From Macrostomum hystrix (taxonomy: Eukaryota; Animalia; Platyhelminthes), in the NCBI GenBank assembly GCA_950097015.1, contig CATNEN010000031.1, forward strand, positions 2,728,001-2,792,000: DNA of 64,000 nt. Reading direction: 5' to 3'. Each line of letters starts with the position of its first letter. Position 1 is the first letter of the stretch. The translations under genes were made by a program, and so were the position numbers. Below, one piece after another: positions 11,424 to 23,649 of the stretch. The notes beneath the pieces were generated by a model, which ran no database searches, was not told where the DNA came from, and saw only the letters and a program-made list of their open reading frames with translations.

Positions 11424-14400
11424 TCACAGTGAACCAATCGGCGATCGATAATATCTGCCAGGCTGAATTAATCGATACCTGTCGCAGTCGCCGAATCGTT
11501 GCAGAGCGGGCACCAGGCTGGCAGCTGATAGCGGCTTGGCAATCAGGGCCAGGGCCGCAGCCTGGCTGCTGCCGCACGGCACGGTCTCCCTAACCAGCCG
11601 CAGCTCCATAGCAGCCTGATAAAGCAGGAGCCGTTCGTTGCGCTGCAGGCCGCAGAACACAAGCGGGCTGGCCACAGCCGCCTGTGCGACATAGGCGGCC
11701 AGGAATCGGCCGAACACGGTTAGCAGGTCCGCTGCGGGCAGCTGCAGGCCGACATTGGCGGCGGCCGACCTGGCGCTGACGAAAATTGGCCGGTCGCACG
11801 GCGGAGGCCGGTCAAAATTAACCGGCTGCTCGGCTAAGGCTAGGAACTGGTCCGGATTCGAGCGCCAGACCTCCTCGGTGCGGCTCACCTGGGGTAGTGA
11901 ATTTGATAGAGATTGCCTTCAGAATGCTTATTGTTGGAGTCGTGTAAAATCTCGCGGCCTAGATTGTAGCCAAGGTGATTGTAGCCAAGGTGATTGTAGC
12001 CAAGGTGATTGTAGCCAAGGTGATTGTAGCCAAGGTGATTGTAGCCAAGGTGATTGTAGCCAAGGTGATTGTAGCCAAGGTGATTGTAGCCAAGGTGATT
12101 GTAGCCAAGGTGATTGTAGCCAAGGTGATTGTAGCCAAGGTGATTGTAGCCAAGTGGTTAGACTCACGACTCGAAGGTTCGATTCCCGATTCCACTAGAA
12201 CAATTCGTGTCAGTTTAGCAAGACCCTTGACTCGACTCCACTAGAACAATTTGTGTCAGTTTAGCAAGACCCTTGACTCGACTCCACTAGAACAATTCGT
12301 GTCAGTTTAGCAAGACCCTTGACTCGACTCCACTAGAATAATTCGTGTCAGTTTAGCAAGACCCATGACTCGACTCCACTAGAATAATTCGTGTCAGTTT
12401 AGCAAGACCCATGACTCGACTCCACTAGAACAATTCGTGTCAGTTTAGCAAGACCCTTGACTCGACTCCACTAGAATAATTCGTGTCAGTTTAGCAAGAC
12501 CCATGACTCGACTCCACTAGAACAATTCGTGTCAGTTTAGCAAGACCCTTGACTCGACTCCACTAGAATAATTCGTGTCAGTTTAGCAAGACCCATGACT
12601 CGACTCCACTAGAATAATTCGTGTCAGTTTAGCAAGACCCTTGACTCGACTCCTCCACTAGAATAATTCGTGTCAGTTTAGCAAGACCCTTGACTCGACT
12701 CCACTAGAATAATTCGTGTCAGTTTAGCAAGACCCTTGACTCGACTCCTCCACTAGAACAATTCGTGTCAGTTTAGCAAGACCCTTGACTCGACTCCACT
12801 AGAATAATTCGTGTCAGTTTAGCAAGACCCTTGACTCGACTCCACTAGAATAATTCGTGTCAGTTTAGCAAGACCCTTGACTCGACTCCACTAGAATAAT
12901 TCGTGTCAGTTTAGCAAGACCCTTGACTCGACTCCACTAGAATAATTCGTGTCAGTTTAGCAAGACCCTTGACTCGACTCCACTAGAATAATTCGTGTCA
13001 GTTTAGCAAGACCCTTGACTCGACTCCACTAGAATAATTCGTGTCAGTTTAGCAAGACCCTTGACTCGACTTCACTAGAATAATTCGTGTCAGTTTAGCA
13101 AGACCCTTGACTCGACTCCACTAGAATAATTCGTGTCAGTTTAGCAAGACCCTTGACTCGACTCCACTAGAATAATTCGTGTCAGTTTAGCAAGACCCAT
13201 GACTCGACTCCACTAGAATAATTCGTGTCAGTTTAGCAAGACCCTTGACTCGACTCCACTAGAATAATTCGTGTCAGTTTAGCAAGACCCTTGACTCGAC
13301 TCCACTAGAATAATTCGTGTCAGTTTAGCAAGACCCATGACTCGACTCCACTAGAATAATTCGTGTCAGTTTAGCAAGACCCTTGACTCGACTCCACTAG
13401 AACAATTCGTGTCAGTTTAGCAAGACCCATGACTCGACTCCACTAGAATAATTCGTGTCAGTTTAGCAAGACCCATGACTCGACTCCACTAGAATAATTC
13501 GTGTCAGTTTAGCAAGACCCTTGACTCGACTCCACTAGAACAATTCGTGTCAGTTTAGCAAGACCCTTGACTCGACTCCACTAGAATAATTCGTGTCAGT
13601 TTAGCAAGACCCATGACTCGACTCCACTAGAATAATTCGTGTCAGTTTAGCAAGACCCTTGACTCGACTCCACTAGAACAATTCGTGTCAGTTTAGCAAG
13701 ACACTTGACTCGACTCCACTAGAACAATTCGTGTCAGTTTAGCAAGACCCTTGACTCGACTCCACTAGAACAATTTGTGTCAGTTTAGCAAGACCCTTGA
13801 CTCGACTCCACTAGAACAATTTGTGTCAGTTTAGCAAGACCCATGACTCGACTCCACTAGAACAATTTGTGTCAGTTTAGCAAGATACGCCAAGGTCCCA
13901 GAGCTCGATTCCACGGCGAGGCCGCATTCATTTGGGGCTCTGCCCCAAGGCACAGCGAGAGTGTACACTGCCTCACGTTGAGAAACCGCACGGAGCCTTT
14001 AGATGCGCCGCGCAATAGCTGTACATCTGACCTAATTAGGGCATGTGTAATAATAATTATTATTAGCAGAACCCACCAACACCAGCGGGTACTTGGCTTG
14101 TACATCGTGTAGCATCTGTTCGGCGGCAGCCGTCTTGGCGTCCAGACGACTGTCTCGGGTCACCGCGATGGTGTAGTCACCAAGGGACAGGGTGCACCTG
14201 CGCGTGTGAGTTGCGTATTGATAATGGCCTGACCTGCTTCTGAGTACGATACCTGCTGATTCAGTGCTCAAGCAACTATTGTAATTGAAAGACTATTGCA
14301 AAACTAAACTTATGATAAGGTTAAGGCGATCTGAGGATCTGGGCATGTGTAATCTGAGGATCTGGGCATGAGTAATCTGAGGATCTGGGCATGAGTAATC

Positions 14401-17400
14401 TGAGGATCTGGGCATGAGTAATCTGAGGATCTGGGCATGTGTAATCTGAGGATCTGGGCATGTGTAATCTGAGGATCTGGGCATGTGTAATCTGAGGATC
14501 TGGGCATGTGTAATCTGAGGATCTGGGCATGAGTAATCTGAGGATCTGGGCATGAGTAATCTGAGGATCTGGGCATGTGTAATCTGAGGATCTGGGCATG
14601 AGTAATCTGAGGATCTGGGCATGAGTAATCTGAGGATCTGGGCATGTGTAATCTGAGGATCTGGGCATGTGTAATCTGAGGATCTGGGCATGTGTAATCT
14701 GAGGATCTGGGCATGTGTAATCTGAGGATCTGGGCATGTGTAATCTGAGGATCTGGGCATGTGTAATCTGAGGATCTGGGCATGTGTAATCTGAGGATCT
14801 GGGCATGTGTAATCTGAGGATCTGGGCATGTGTAATCTGAGGATCTGGGCATGTGTAATCTGAGGATCTGGGCATGTGTAATCTGAGGATCTGGGCATGT
14901 GTAATCTGAGGATCTGGGCATGTGTAATCTGAGGATCTGGGCATGAGTAATCTGAGGATCTGGGAATGTGTAATCTGAGGATCTGAGCATGTGTAATCTG
15001 AGGATCTGGGCATGAGTAATCTGAGGATCTGGGCATGTGTAATCTGAGGATCTGGGAATGTGTAATCTCTGGATCTGGGAAAATGATGATATCCTGATCT
15101 GTAGAATTTAGAGAGTGCGCAGAAGCGGACAAGGATGGGAGCCGTATCAATTTTTTAAAGCTACATAGGATTTATCTGTCTTAGCCCCGTCCTCTACACT
15201 GCTGTTACACAGACGGTGCCTAGATGTGGCCCAGAAGGACAAAGGAAAATCTAAACTGTCCAAGCAGGCGAAAATTGAATTTCCGCCCCAGAGATTATAC
15301 AAAATTGCCACTTGACCTTGAATTTATAGACTCAAGATTCAAAGATCCAATGCCCGTTTTGCATCAATGCGCAACTAAATTAACTTCCTAATCAACAAAA
15401 TCCTAAATCAACTAATAAATTAGAAAACGAATCCCAAGAACTCTTTAAGGCAGATTCTCTATATATTTCTAATAGTGTATCATTTAGCGAAAAAATTCAA
15501 TATTTATAAGGTGATTAATATGTGATAATCTGATGCTCAAACCAACCTCCTAAACAATTAACCACTACCCATCAACTTCCAATCATAAACCTGCTACACC
15601 CAAACCCTCAATCCATCGATCACAAACCAGCTACCCTCCAATCACAAACCAGCTACCCTCCAATCACAAACCAGCTAGCCTCCAATCACAAACCTGCTAC
15701 CCTCCAATCACAAACCAGCTACCCTCCAATCACAAACCAGCTAGCCTCCAATCACAAACCAGCTAGCCTCCAATCACAAACCTGCTACCCTCCAATCACA
15801 AACCTGCTACCCTCCAATCACAAACCAGCTAGCCTCCAATCACAAACCAGCTAGCCTCCAATCACAAACCAGCTGTCCTCCAATCACAAACCAGCTAGCC
15901 TACAATCACAAACCAGCTGTCCTCCAATCACAAACCAGCTAGCCTCCAATCACAAACCAGCTAGCCTCCAATCACAAACCAGCTAGCCTCCAATCACAAA
16001 CCAGCTAGCCTCCAATCACAAACCAGCTAGCCTCCAATCACAAACCAGCTAGCCTCCAATCACAAACCAGCTAGCCTCCAATCACAAACCAGCTAGCCTC
16101 CAATCACAAACCAGCTAGCCTCCAATCACAAACCAGCTAGCCTCCAATCACAAACCAGCTAGCCTCCAATCACAAACCAGCTAGCCTCCAATCACAAACC
16201 AGCTAGCCTCCAATCACAAACCAGCTAGCCTCCAATCACAAACCAGCTAGCCTCCAATCACAAACCAGCTAGCCTCCAATCACAAACCAGCTAGCCTCCA
16301 ATCACAAACCAGCTAGCCTCCAATCACAAACCAGCTAGCCTCCAATCACAAACCAGCTAGCCTCCAATCACAAACCAGCTACCCTCCAATCACAAACCAG
16401 CTAGCCTCCAATCACAAACCAGCTAGCCTCCAATCACAAACCAGCTAGCCTCCAATCACAAACCAGCTAGCCTCCAATCACAAACCAGCTAGCCTCCAAT
16501 CACAAACCAGCTAGCCTCCAATCACAAACCAGCTAGCCTCCAATCACAAACCAGCTGTCCTCCAATCACAAACCAGCTAGCCTCCAATCACAAACCAGCT
16601 AGCCTCCAATCACAAACCAGCTAGCCTCCAATCACAAACCAGCTAGCCTCCAATCACAAACCAGCTAGCCTCCAATCACAAACCAGCTAGCCTCCAATCA
16701 CAAACCAGCTAGCCTCCAATCACAAACCAGCTAGCCTCCAATCACAAACCAGCTAGCCTCCAATCACAAACCAGCTAGCCTCCAATCACAAACCAGCTAG
16801 CCTCCAATCCCAAAGCCACTAATTCGGAGGAAATCCTCTGCACTCACTTGTGTTTCTCTGAGTCCTCCTTCTTCTGCTCCAGCATGTTAAACTCAACCCT
16901 AGAGAAATAGGCGCTCTGCTCCAGTACAGTGAAGGCCAGCCTTCGCTTCTCCTGACCGCCGGAGAACATTACGGCCTCTTCAATCAGATGAAAACCGGCC
17001 AGATCGATGCCGTCAATGAGGTCTGCAGGTGAGGACCGCAGGTGACAGGCGCTGTTAAGCTTCATTATTCTATAGTCTACTAAGTCAATGCAGGGGCAGA
17101 CACGATATAGAAGTTTCAGTGATACTCGAGTAAATGAAAAATTACTATTTCGTGTGTGTAAATAATATTAGAACCACTTGCTACGTGCCGAATCCTAATT
17201 ATGTTATTATAAGGCAAAGTTTATCCTTGGTGAACGCAACTTAAAGCGAAAAAGCATTAGAAACATGCACTACATGCTACTGTCAGTAGACAGACTTTTA
17301 CAAAATGTCGAATATGTTTACTAAAAAGTTTAGGCCATTTTCTACCGGCGATTGCAGATTACAGCTAATCACGGTAATAATCCTATAAAGCTGTTAATTT

Positions 17401-20400
17401 ACATATTTATAGAGCAGCTAAGCGAGCAAGTGCGCGGCACCAAAGAACCCGAGTTAGGCGAAATTGCTAGGTGAATATAAATAATAAAGACGACAAAGGT
17501 TGAGGTCGAGAGAAAAGACGGAATTTTACAGATAAGCATAGTCATGCCCTTAAATACTACTCAAAGTAAGGTAGCGCGAAAAAATGATCCGGTAATGAGG
17601 CATTTAGTCTAAAATAAAATTTCATAATATAATCAACAGCTAGGTACAGAGTAAAGATGATGTGGCGTTGCAAAAAATTTCACACTACTTAAAAGTCGTG
17701 CATCATCGTGACTCAAAATTGTACAAGTGAAATGCACTTCTGTCAAGAGTCAACGGGGATAGATGTCAGGAAAGGGTTGTTGGAAAAAAAAATTTGGCAA
17801 ACTAAATCAATTAATTATACAGCCGACTTTCTATACACAAAGTGTTCTTAAAGAATTTAATTTCTTAAAGAGTTTAAGAGGAAACTAGACACTCTGTTAA
17901 AGTAAAGAAACAGCACACGTGAACTGTTAATCAATAAATGCAATCCGGATGACTACAGTTGGTCTTGGGTGTTATTGGTACAGTGAGGACCTAGTGGCAC
18001 AGTGAGGACCCAGTGGCACAGTGAGGACCTAGTGGCACAGTGAGGACCCAGTGGATAGTGGCACAGTGAGGACCCAGTGGATAGTGGCACGGTGAGGACC
18101 CAGTGGATAGTGGCACAGTGAGGACCCAGTGGATAGTGGCACAGTGAGGACCCAGTGGATAGTGGCACGGTGAGGACCCAGTGGATAGTGGCACAGTGAG
18201 GACCCAGTGGATAGTGGCACAATGAGGGGGTCCAGTGAAACGTGGAACAGTCGATTGGATAGTGGAACAGTCCATTGGATAGTGGAACAGACCATTGGAT
18301 AGTGGAACAGACCATTGGATAGTGGAACAGACCATTGGATAGTGAAACAGTCCATTGGATAGTGGAACAGTCCATTGGATAGTGGAACAGTCCATTGGAT
18401 AGTGGAACAGTCCATTGGATAGTGGAACAGTCCATTGGATAGTGGAACAGTCCATTGGATAGTGGAACAGTCGATTGGATAGTGGAACAGTCCATTGGAT
18501 GGTGGAACAGTCCAAGCCAGGCGTTTCCATTAGCAGCACACAGACAGTTTATAGTGCTGCTAATCAGAACGCATGGATCAAAATTCTTAAAAACTGTTGC
18601 AATTTTAAGCAATCAAGATACACTGCCAACTCTCTATATTCTATTTATATCCAACCAGCCACTTTTGTGCAAGTAGAAAGCTCAGAAAATTGTTGGTGCA
18701 AATCAAACCATAAATGTATTATACATAATATATTATTTCTCTGTCAGAAATGTAACAATGCCATTAGATTGCAGTTTTTTCAGATTGAGTGTACCGCGTT
18801 ACACATTTAAAACTTACGCGAAATTTGAAATTATTGAATACTGAGAAAAGTTTCATTGATTTTTCAGCGGATAGCAAAGACAGCAGTGCGTGTTTCAGGT
18901 GCAAAACTGGATGGGGGGTAGCGGAATGCGGGGGCGTTGGCTGTCCCGCGCGTCAACTCCGCACTTTAGAAACAAAATCCCGAAATGGGATTCCAACGCG
19001 ACTGGGGAAAAATACCGACGACACGAAAAGAGACGTCCAGAGATAGATGAGTCATCAAAATTGTCTGGCGGCGCAGCTCCCATTATTTTCGCATCGAGAT
19101 GAAGCTAGGGAGGGGGGCGCACGCGCAGAGTCCAGTTTTGAGACCATCTGAGCACTGAGCGGAGTAGTCTCCGAGTCTCTTGAGTCGGGGTGCGGGTAGG
19201 GCAGCGGGTAACTGGGGCCAGCTGATTCGTCAGAAGTGAGACAAGGGTATGCGGGACAGAGTACAGACACTCACACCTGGAGATTTCCTGTGAAGCGAGT
19301 TGTGCGGGGCGGAGAGTTACTTGAAGCTTGCTGAGGCGCCTATTGTGAGGCCAAGCTGACATGCTGAGGCTTGGCCGCGTGTGTGCTTGCGTTAGCAAAT
19401 ATAGACGCGGCATTTGAGTGACGGACTCAGAGATCATTACTGACTACTGCAAGTAATAAGCAGCTAACAGTAGGCAGTAAGCCAATCCTCATGCGTTAAA
19501 ATAGAGGATCTTGAATGCATTCGCCAAATATAATTGAAGTTCATTTAGTAGAACAAAAAAATAATTAATCACTTGCAACATAAACAACAAAAAACAGTGG
19601 CATGCCTCACACACTTATAGAGGGTAAACAAAGCATTGGTGATCAAGCATACATAAAGGCGAGTGTTGCTGTGGGCCAAAAATTTCAAATATTACATTTC
19701 TCTTCTTCAACAACATTACATACTGATGTCAAAGTTCATGATTCACCAAGTTCATGATTCACCAAGTTCATGATTCTCTAATTTCATGATTCACTAAGTT
19801 CATGATTCACCAAAATTACGATTCACCAAGTTCATGATTCACCAAGTTCATGATTCACCAAGTTCATGATTCACCAAGTTCATGATTCACCAAGTTCATG
19901 ATTCACCAAGTTCATGATTCACCAAGTTCATGATTCACCAAGTTCATGATTCACCAAGTTCATGATTCACCAAGTTCATGATTCACCAAGTTCATGATTC
20001 ACCAAGTTCATGATTCACCAAGTTCATGATTCACCAAGTTCATGATTCACCAAGTTCATGATTCACCAAGTTCATGATTCACCAAGTTCATGATTCACCA
20101 AGTTCATGATTCACCAAGTTCATGATTCACCAAGTTCATGATTCACCAAGTTCATGATTCACCAAGTTCATGATTCACCAAGTTCATGATTCACCAAGTT
20201 CATGATTTAACAAGTTCATGATTCACCAAGTTCATGATTCACCAAGTTCATGATTCACCAAGTTCATGATTCACCAAGTTCATGATTCACCAAGTTCATG
20301 ATTCACCAAGTTCATGATTCACTAAGTTCATGATTTACCAAGTTCGGGGATTCACCGAGTTCATGATTCACTAAATTCCAGAATCACCACGTTTCCGATT

Positions 20401-22604
20401 CACCAAATTCACAATTTACAATGTATTATTATTTAATACAATTGACCGTATTGAAATCATTTTTTCTAGCTACGAGTAAAACTAAATTTTCCAGATTTAG
20501 CAAAGGTGTTTTCATGCAGAAAGAATTATTAGATAAGCGAGGAATTGGATAATATGGCAGAGCAAAACATAAATTCTTCCCCAAAACTACAGAAAGCAGT
20601 CATCTGCCAAACAACAAAAGGTAATAAGAAAACAAAAAATTAGGTGAATTAGTAAAGTATTTCTATGGGAAAGTACTAGATACTAAGAGCTACTGTGAAA
20701 ACGTAAACACCTCTAGTTTAAAATAAATCATATGGCATATTGTATAGCATTAAAATAGGAAATATTGCGCTATCAACCTCTGACAGTCACTCAAATGCCA
20801 TAGACGAATAAATTAGCAACAGCAAGTTGCACTTTTGTTAACAAATAATAATAATTAATTAACAATCTATATATAGAAACAGCACAGTGTGTAAAGCATG
20901 TGCATACAAAACGATATATAACAGGCAAGCTTAACTAGGGTATGAAACACCTGCTACTTGCTATTAAACTACCCAAATTTGAAACTATCCAAAGATAGTG
21001 GTGCACACAGTTAGGGTTCTGCCATAGACAGGAGCATTATTGCACACTGATGATTCGACAAGCATCATTGTACTCTGACTGTTAATTGTCTATGGTAAAA
21101 TTAGCTGGCGTAGAAATTATGGTGGGTGTGGTAGGCCCCAGACCAAGGACTGAATTAAATACCTGCAACTGTGCCCTGTGATTTCTATCTAAGATGTTTA
21201 TCAATTGCTGACATCTATAGCTACTATAGGTTAAAAAATTATATATAATACCTGTGATTTTAGACTCATAAAAAAGTTACAAAATAGCTAAGCCTAGGGC
21301 TTAAAAAGTGAACCGTTTGAAACTATTTATCATTATTATATAAGACTATAAAATGGCACCATTTTTTATTATAAAACATTATTGTATATACGCAAGTAAA
21401 TAGAAATAGACGATTGGTTGATAAACTGAATAGAATAAGCGAATATACTGAGCAGTGCCTCACCTGGTCGCAGTAGGTCGGGCTTCTCAAACGGATTGCC
21501 GTAGAGCACCTCCTCAGCGGAGTAGCGATCCAGCATGGTGAGGGCCTGGTAGTGCGCCCGATCGATGGCCTTCTGCCTATCCGACGATGTGGCCAAGCCG
21601 ACCCGAACCCCGCTGAGAGTAACGCAGCAGGCAAACTTTTTGCCCGGCTTTACAAGCTCCTCGCGGTATTCTAATGGGGCTCGTTTCACAAACAGCTGGA
21701 GAAAGTGCTTGGGATTTTTTATGACTCTGCCCAAACGCTGGCGGGACCAAGTCATCACGCGGGTTAGTTGGCGCTCAATGAATGCCAGAGGATTGACAAC
21801 GGCGGCGGCGTCTTCTTCCAGAGCGGCAGCTGAGTCAGCGGATGGAATCAGCGAAGGTGGAGTCGCATTCAACGAGTGCCTGCCGGCAGAGTCGATGGAT
21901 TCAGTACGATGAAGCAGTGGCTGGTGAAGCTGCTGCTGCTGCAGATTCTGGGGAGGCAGCTGAGGCGCACCAAGGGTCATTAGCTTCGGTGGCGGCGGAG
22001 GCGTCGGCACGCGGATGTCCATTAGGCTGACAATGCGAGAGCCAGCAGTCGCGGAAGCCAGCTGCTGCTGCTGCTGTTGAAGTTGCTGCAGGTGTTGCTG
22101 ATGTTGCTGATACTGCAGTTGCTGTTGCTTAGCTAAAAAACGAGCAGCAGTATTTTGAGGATTACGTCTTCGACGCCGTCTGTTGCTGTTAGCAACAATA
22201 GCCGCATGGTTACTGCCAATGTGCAGCTTGGTGTTGCTTCTGATGCCCCGATTGGCCGGCTGTGAATGCTGCGAAGGCATCGACGAAGGCAGCGCAGGCG
22301 CGCGATGATTGGACAGCGGTGGCGCGGGCGATCGAGAACGACGCCGTCTCGCAGACGATCGGCCTGCAGCATCCACGACAGTATCGCCGCCAGTTTCGTG
22401 CCGCTTGTGCGGCCGACGCCTGTGGCCGTGCCGCTGATGCCGATGCCGGCTGTTCTGCGTTGCACGGCGGTCGCGAACAGACGAAGTCGAGCTTCGCGAA
22501 CAGGACCGACTACGACTGCGGCTGTCGGCGTCGCGACTGTTGCTGCTGTGGCTCCGACTGCGATGCCTGCGACGATGATGATGACGCTTCAACGGTCGCG
22601 TCAT
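11424..22604 (-). CDS. NKRF: NKRF-like protein (RS/His-rich N-terminus, two dsRBD-like domains, degenerate G-patch, R3H-like C-terminus), 4 coding exons, 645 aa
   Basis: Exons 21464-22604, 16848-17022, 14077-14233 and 11424-11888 have GT-AG boundaries and consistent phases (1,2,0). dsRBD-like segments are NPKHFLQ...ACCVTLSG...AHYQALTML and AFTVLEQSAYFSRV...RCTLSL...AKTAAAEQML. The C-terminus LVFCGLQRNERLLLYQAA...LQRFGDCDRYRLIQP parallels the NKRF end as recalled (LTFSRELTNDERKQIHQIA...LKQEGQVGHYELVMP). Confidence 0.62.
11962..12154 (+). repeat. 15-bp tandem repeat (gattgtagccaaggt) x13, derived from a SINE A-box
   Basis: 13 counted copies run directly into ...gtagccaagtggttagactcacgactcgaaggttcgattccc, the family B SINE head. 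Confidence 0.9.
12192..13885 (+). repeat. 46-bp minisatellite, ~37 copies, derived from SINE sequence downstream of the B-box
   Basis: Unit ccactagaacaattcgtgtcagtttagcaagacccttgactcgact matches ccactggaacacaatgtgtcccttagcaagg of the SINE at 11165. Confidence 0.9.
13886..14064 (+). mobile_element. Chimeric SINE remainder (family A middle plus family B tail)
   Basis: ggtcccagagctcgattccacggcgaggcc...ccaaggcacagcgagagtgtacactgcctcacgttgagaaa matches family A. gcctttagatgcg...gctgtacatctgacctaattagg matches the family B 3' end. An AAT/ATT tail follows. Confidence 0.7.
14326..15078. repeat. 23-bp minisatellite (gtaatctgaggatctgggcatgt), ~32 copies, intronic
   Basis: Head-to-tail copies. All three minus frames give the same 23-aa periodic pseudo-ORF. 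Confidence 0.95.
15590..16810. repeat. 22-bp minisatellite (ccaatcacaaaccagctagcct), ~55 copies, intronic
   Basis: Near-perfect tandem copies starting ~37 nt after the splice donor at 16847. Confidence 0.95.
17986..18512. repeat. Adjacent related minisatellites: 18/26-bp (gtggcacagtgaggacccagtggata) and 20-bp (gtggaacagtccattggata)
   Basis: Two arrays meet at about 18230-18240 and share gtgg(c/a)acagt...tggata. Confidence 0.9.
19735..20405. repeat. 16-bp minisatellite (ttcatgattcaccaag), ~40 copies
   Basis: Perfect core copies with degenerate edges. Confidence 0.95.
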
Positions 22605-23254
22605 AGACAAAGGCTGACGCTGAAAAATGGAATGAGTAGACTTTTTTCATTTCTTATGATATTGCCTACTGACAAATTGAAGCAAATCAAAAGACTTTTT
22701 TTGTATGCATATATTATATTACTGTGAGGCATGCACAATGTTTTCAGAAATCAAAAACTAGTTTTATGAAAAAAAGAAAGTACAAAACAAGTAATACGAT
22801 AGTTGCAAAATTAATCTTTTTAAAGCATCTAAAAGGTAAAAGATAAAAAAAAACAAAGCTATTAAGCCAAAAATGAAAAGGCTTCACAATAATAATTTGT
22901 AGAACATCAGAACACATTGCATTAATTGTTTTGTTAGTCATCTAGGCCTCAGGGTGGTTCTGAATTAAGATGGATACTGAAATCTTATATCTCTTAAATG
23001 TAATTTGGTATAGCTTTAGTGGTTTCTTAGTCATTATGTGCCAATAAGTAGTTTCATTGGTCATCTGCTGTTAAAATACTAAATTATGAGTTTTTCTCAG
23101 AAATTTTCCTTTAAAAATTTTAATAGGCAGAATCAAAAATATTCCAACTACACTTAGAAAGGACAAAAAATTTTTCAACTTCTATAATTAATTTTTTAAC
23201 TAAATTCACAATCTGTTCCTAAAGAAAATTATCAGTCTGGCAATATGTTTGCCC

Positions 23255-23649
23255 TAATAATAATAATAATAATTGCAGGAGGGTTGCGGGCAATGGCACA
23301 TCATTTGGTGATGCTAGACATGCAGCCAGCCAGCGAGGAGGCAATTCTGCCCAGTTTGCTGACTCCTGAGCACACATGCACACAGATACTTTACACAGAC
23401 ATTTGCTCACACACATGTGTACATCTGCCCTGACTTTCTCATTGTCAGGCAGTGTAACCTTCACTGTGCCAAGAGGTTAGCCCTCATGACAAGCATGACA
23501 AGATTATGCAGGGCATAAATTGCATGACAAGCCCCCAAGCATTCTTTCCATGGCTGCACTTTATATAAATGTGGCCTTGTCATGGAATCAAACTTAGGGA
23601 CCATGGTGCGAGAGGCAAACACGTTTAAACTACTCTGTCACCAACCCCC
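23255..23649 (-). mobile_element. tRNA-derived SINE, family A, copy 2
   Basis: Homologous to 1995-2361 and 37724-38050. (AAT)n on the + strand is the 3' tail. Confidence 0.8.

Noticed and set aside
14293-15150. Long repetitive ORFs of 226-285 aa, and similar ones at 11755-12244, 17953-18612, 31909-32944, 34323-34799, 43997-44611 and 44949-45276
   Set aside because: They are open only because the minisatellite units lack stop codons. The same peptide recurs in several frames, and most lie inside introns.
18840-19440. Cluster of short ORFs in a GC-richer patch of the NKRF-like first coding intron
   Set aside because: No recognisable homology and no consistent splice model. The neighbouring NKRF-like exons already join in phase without it.
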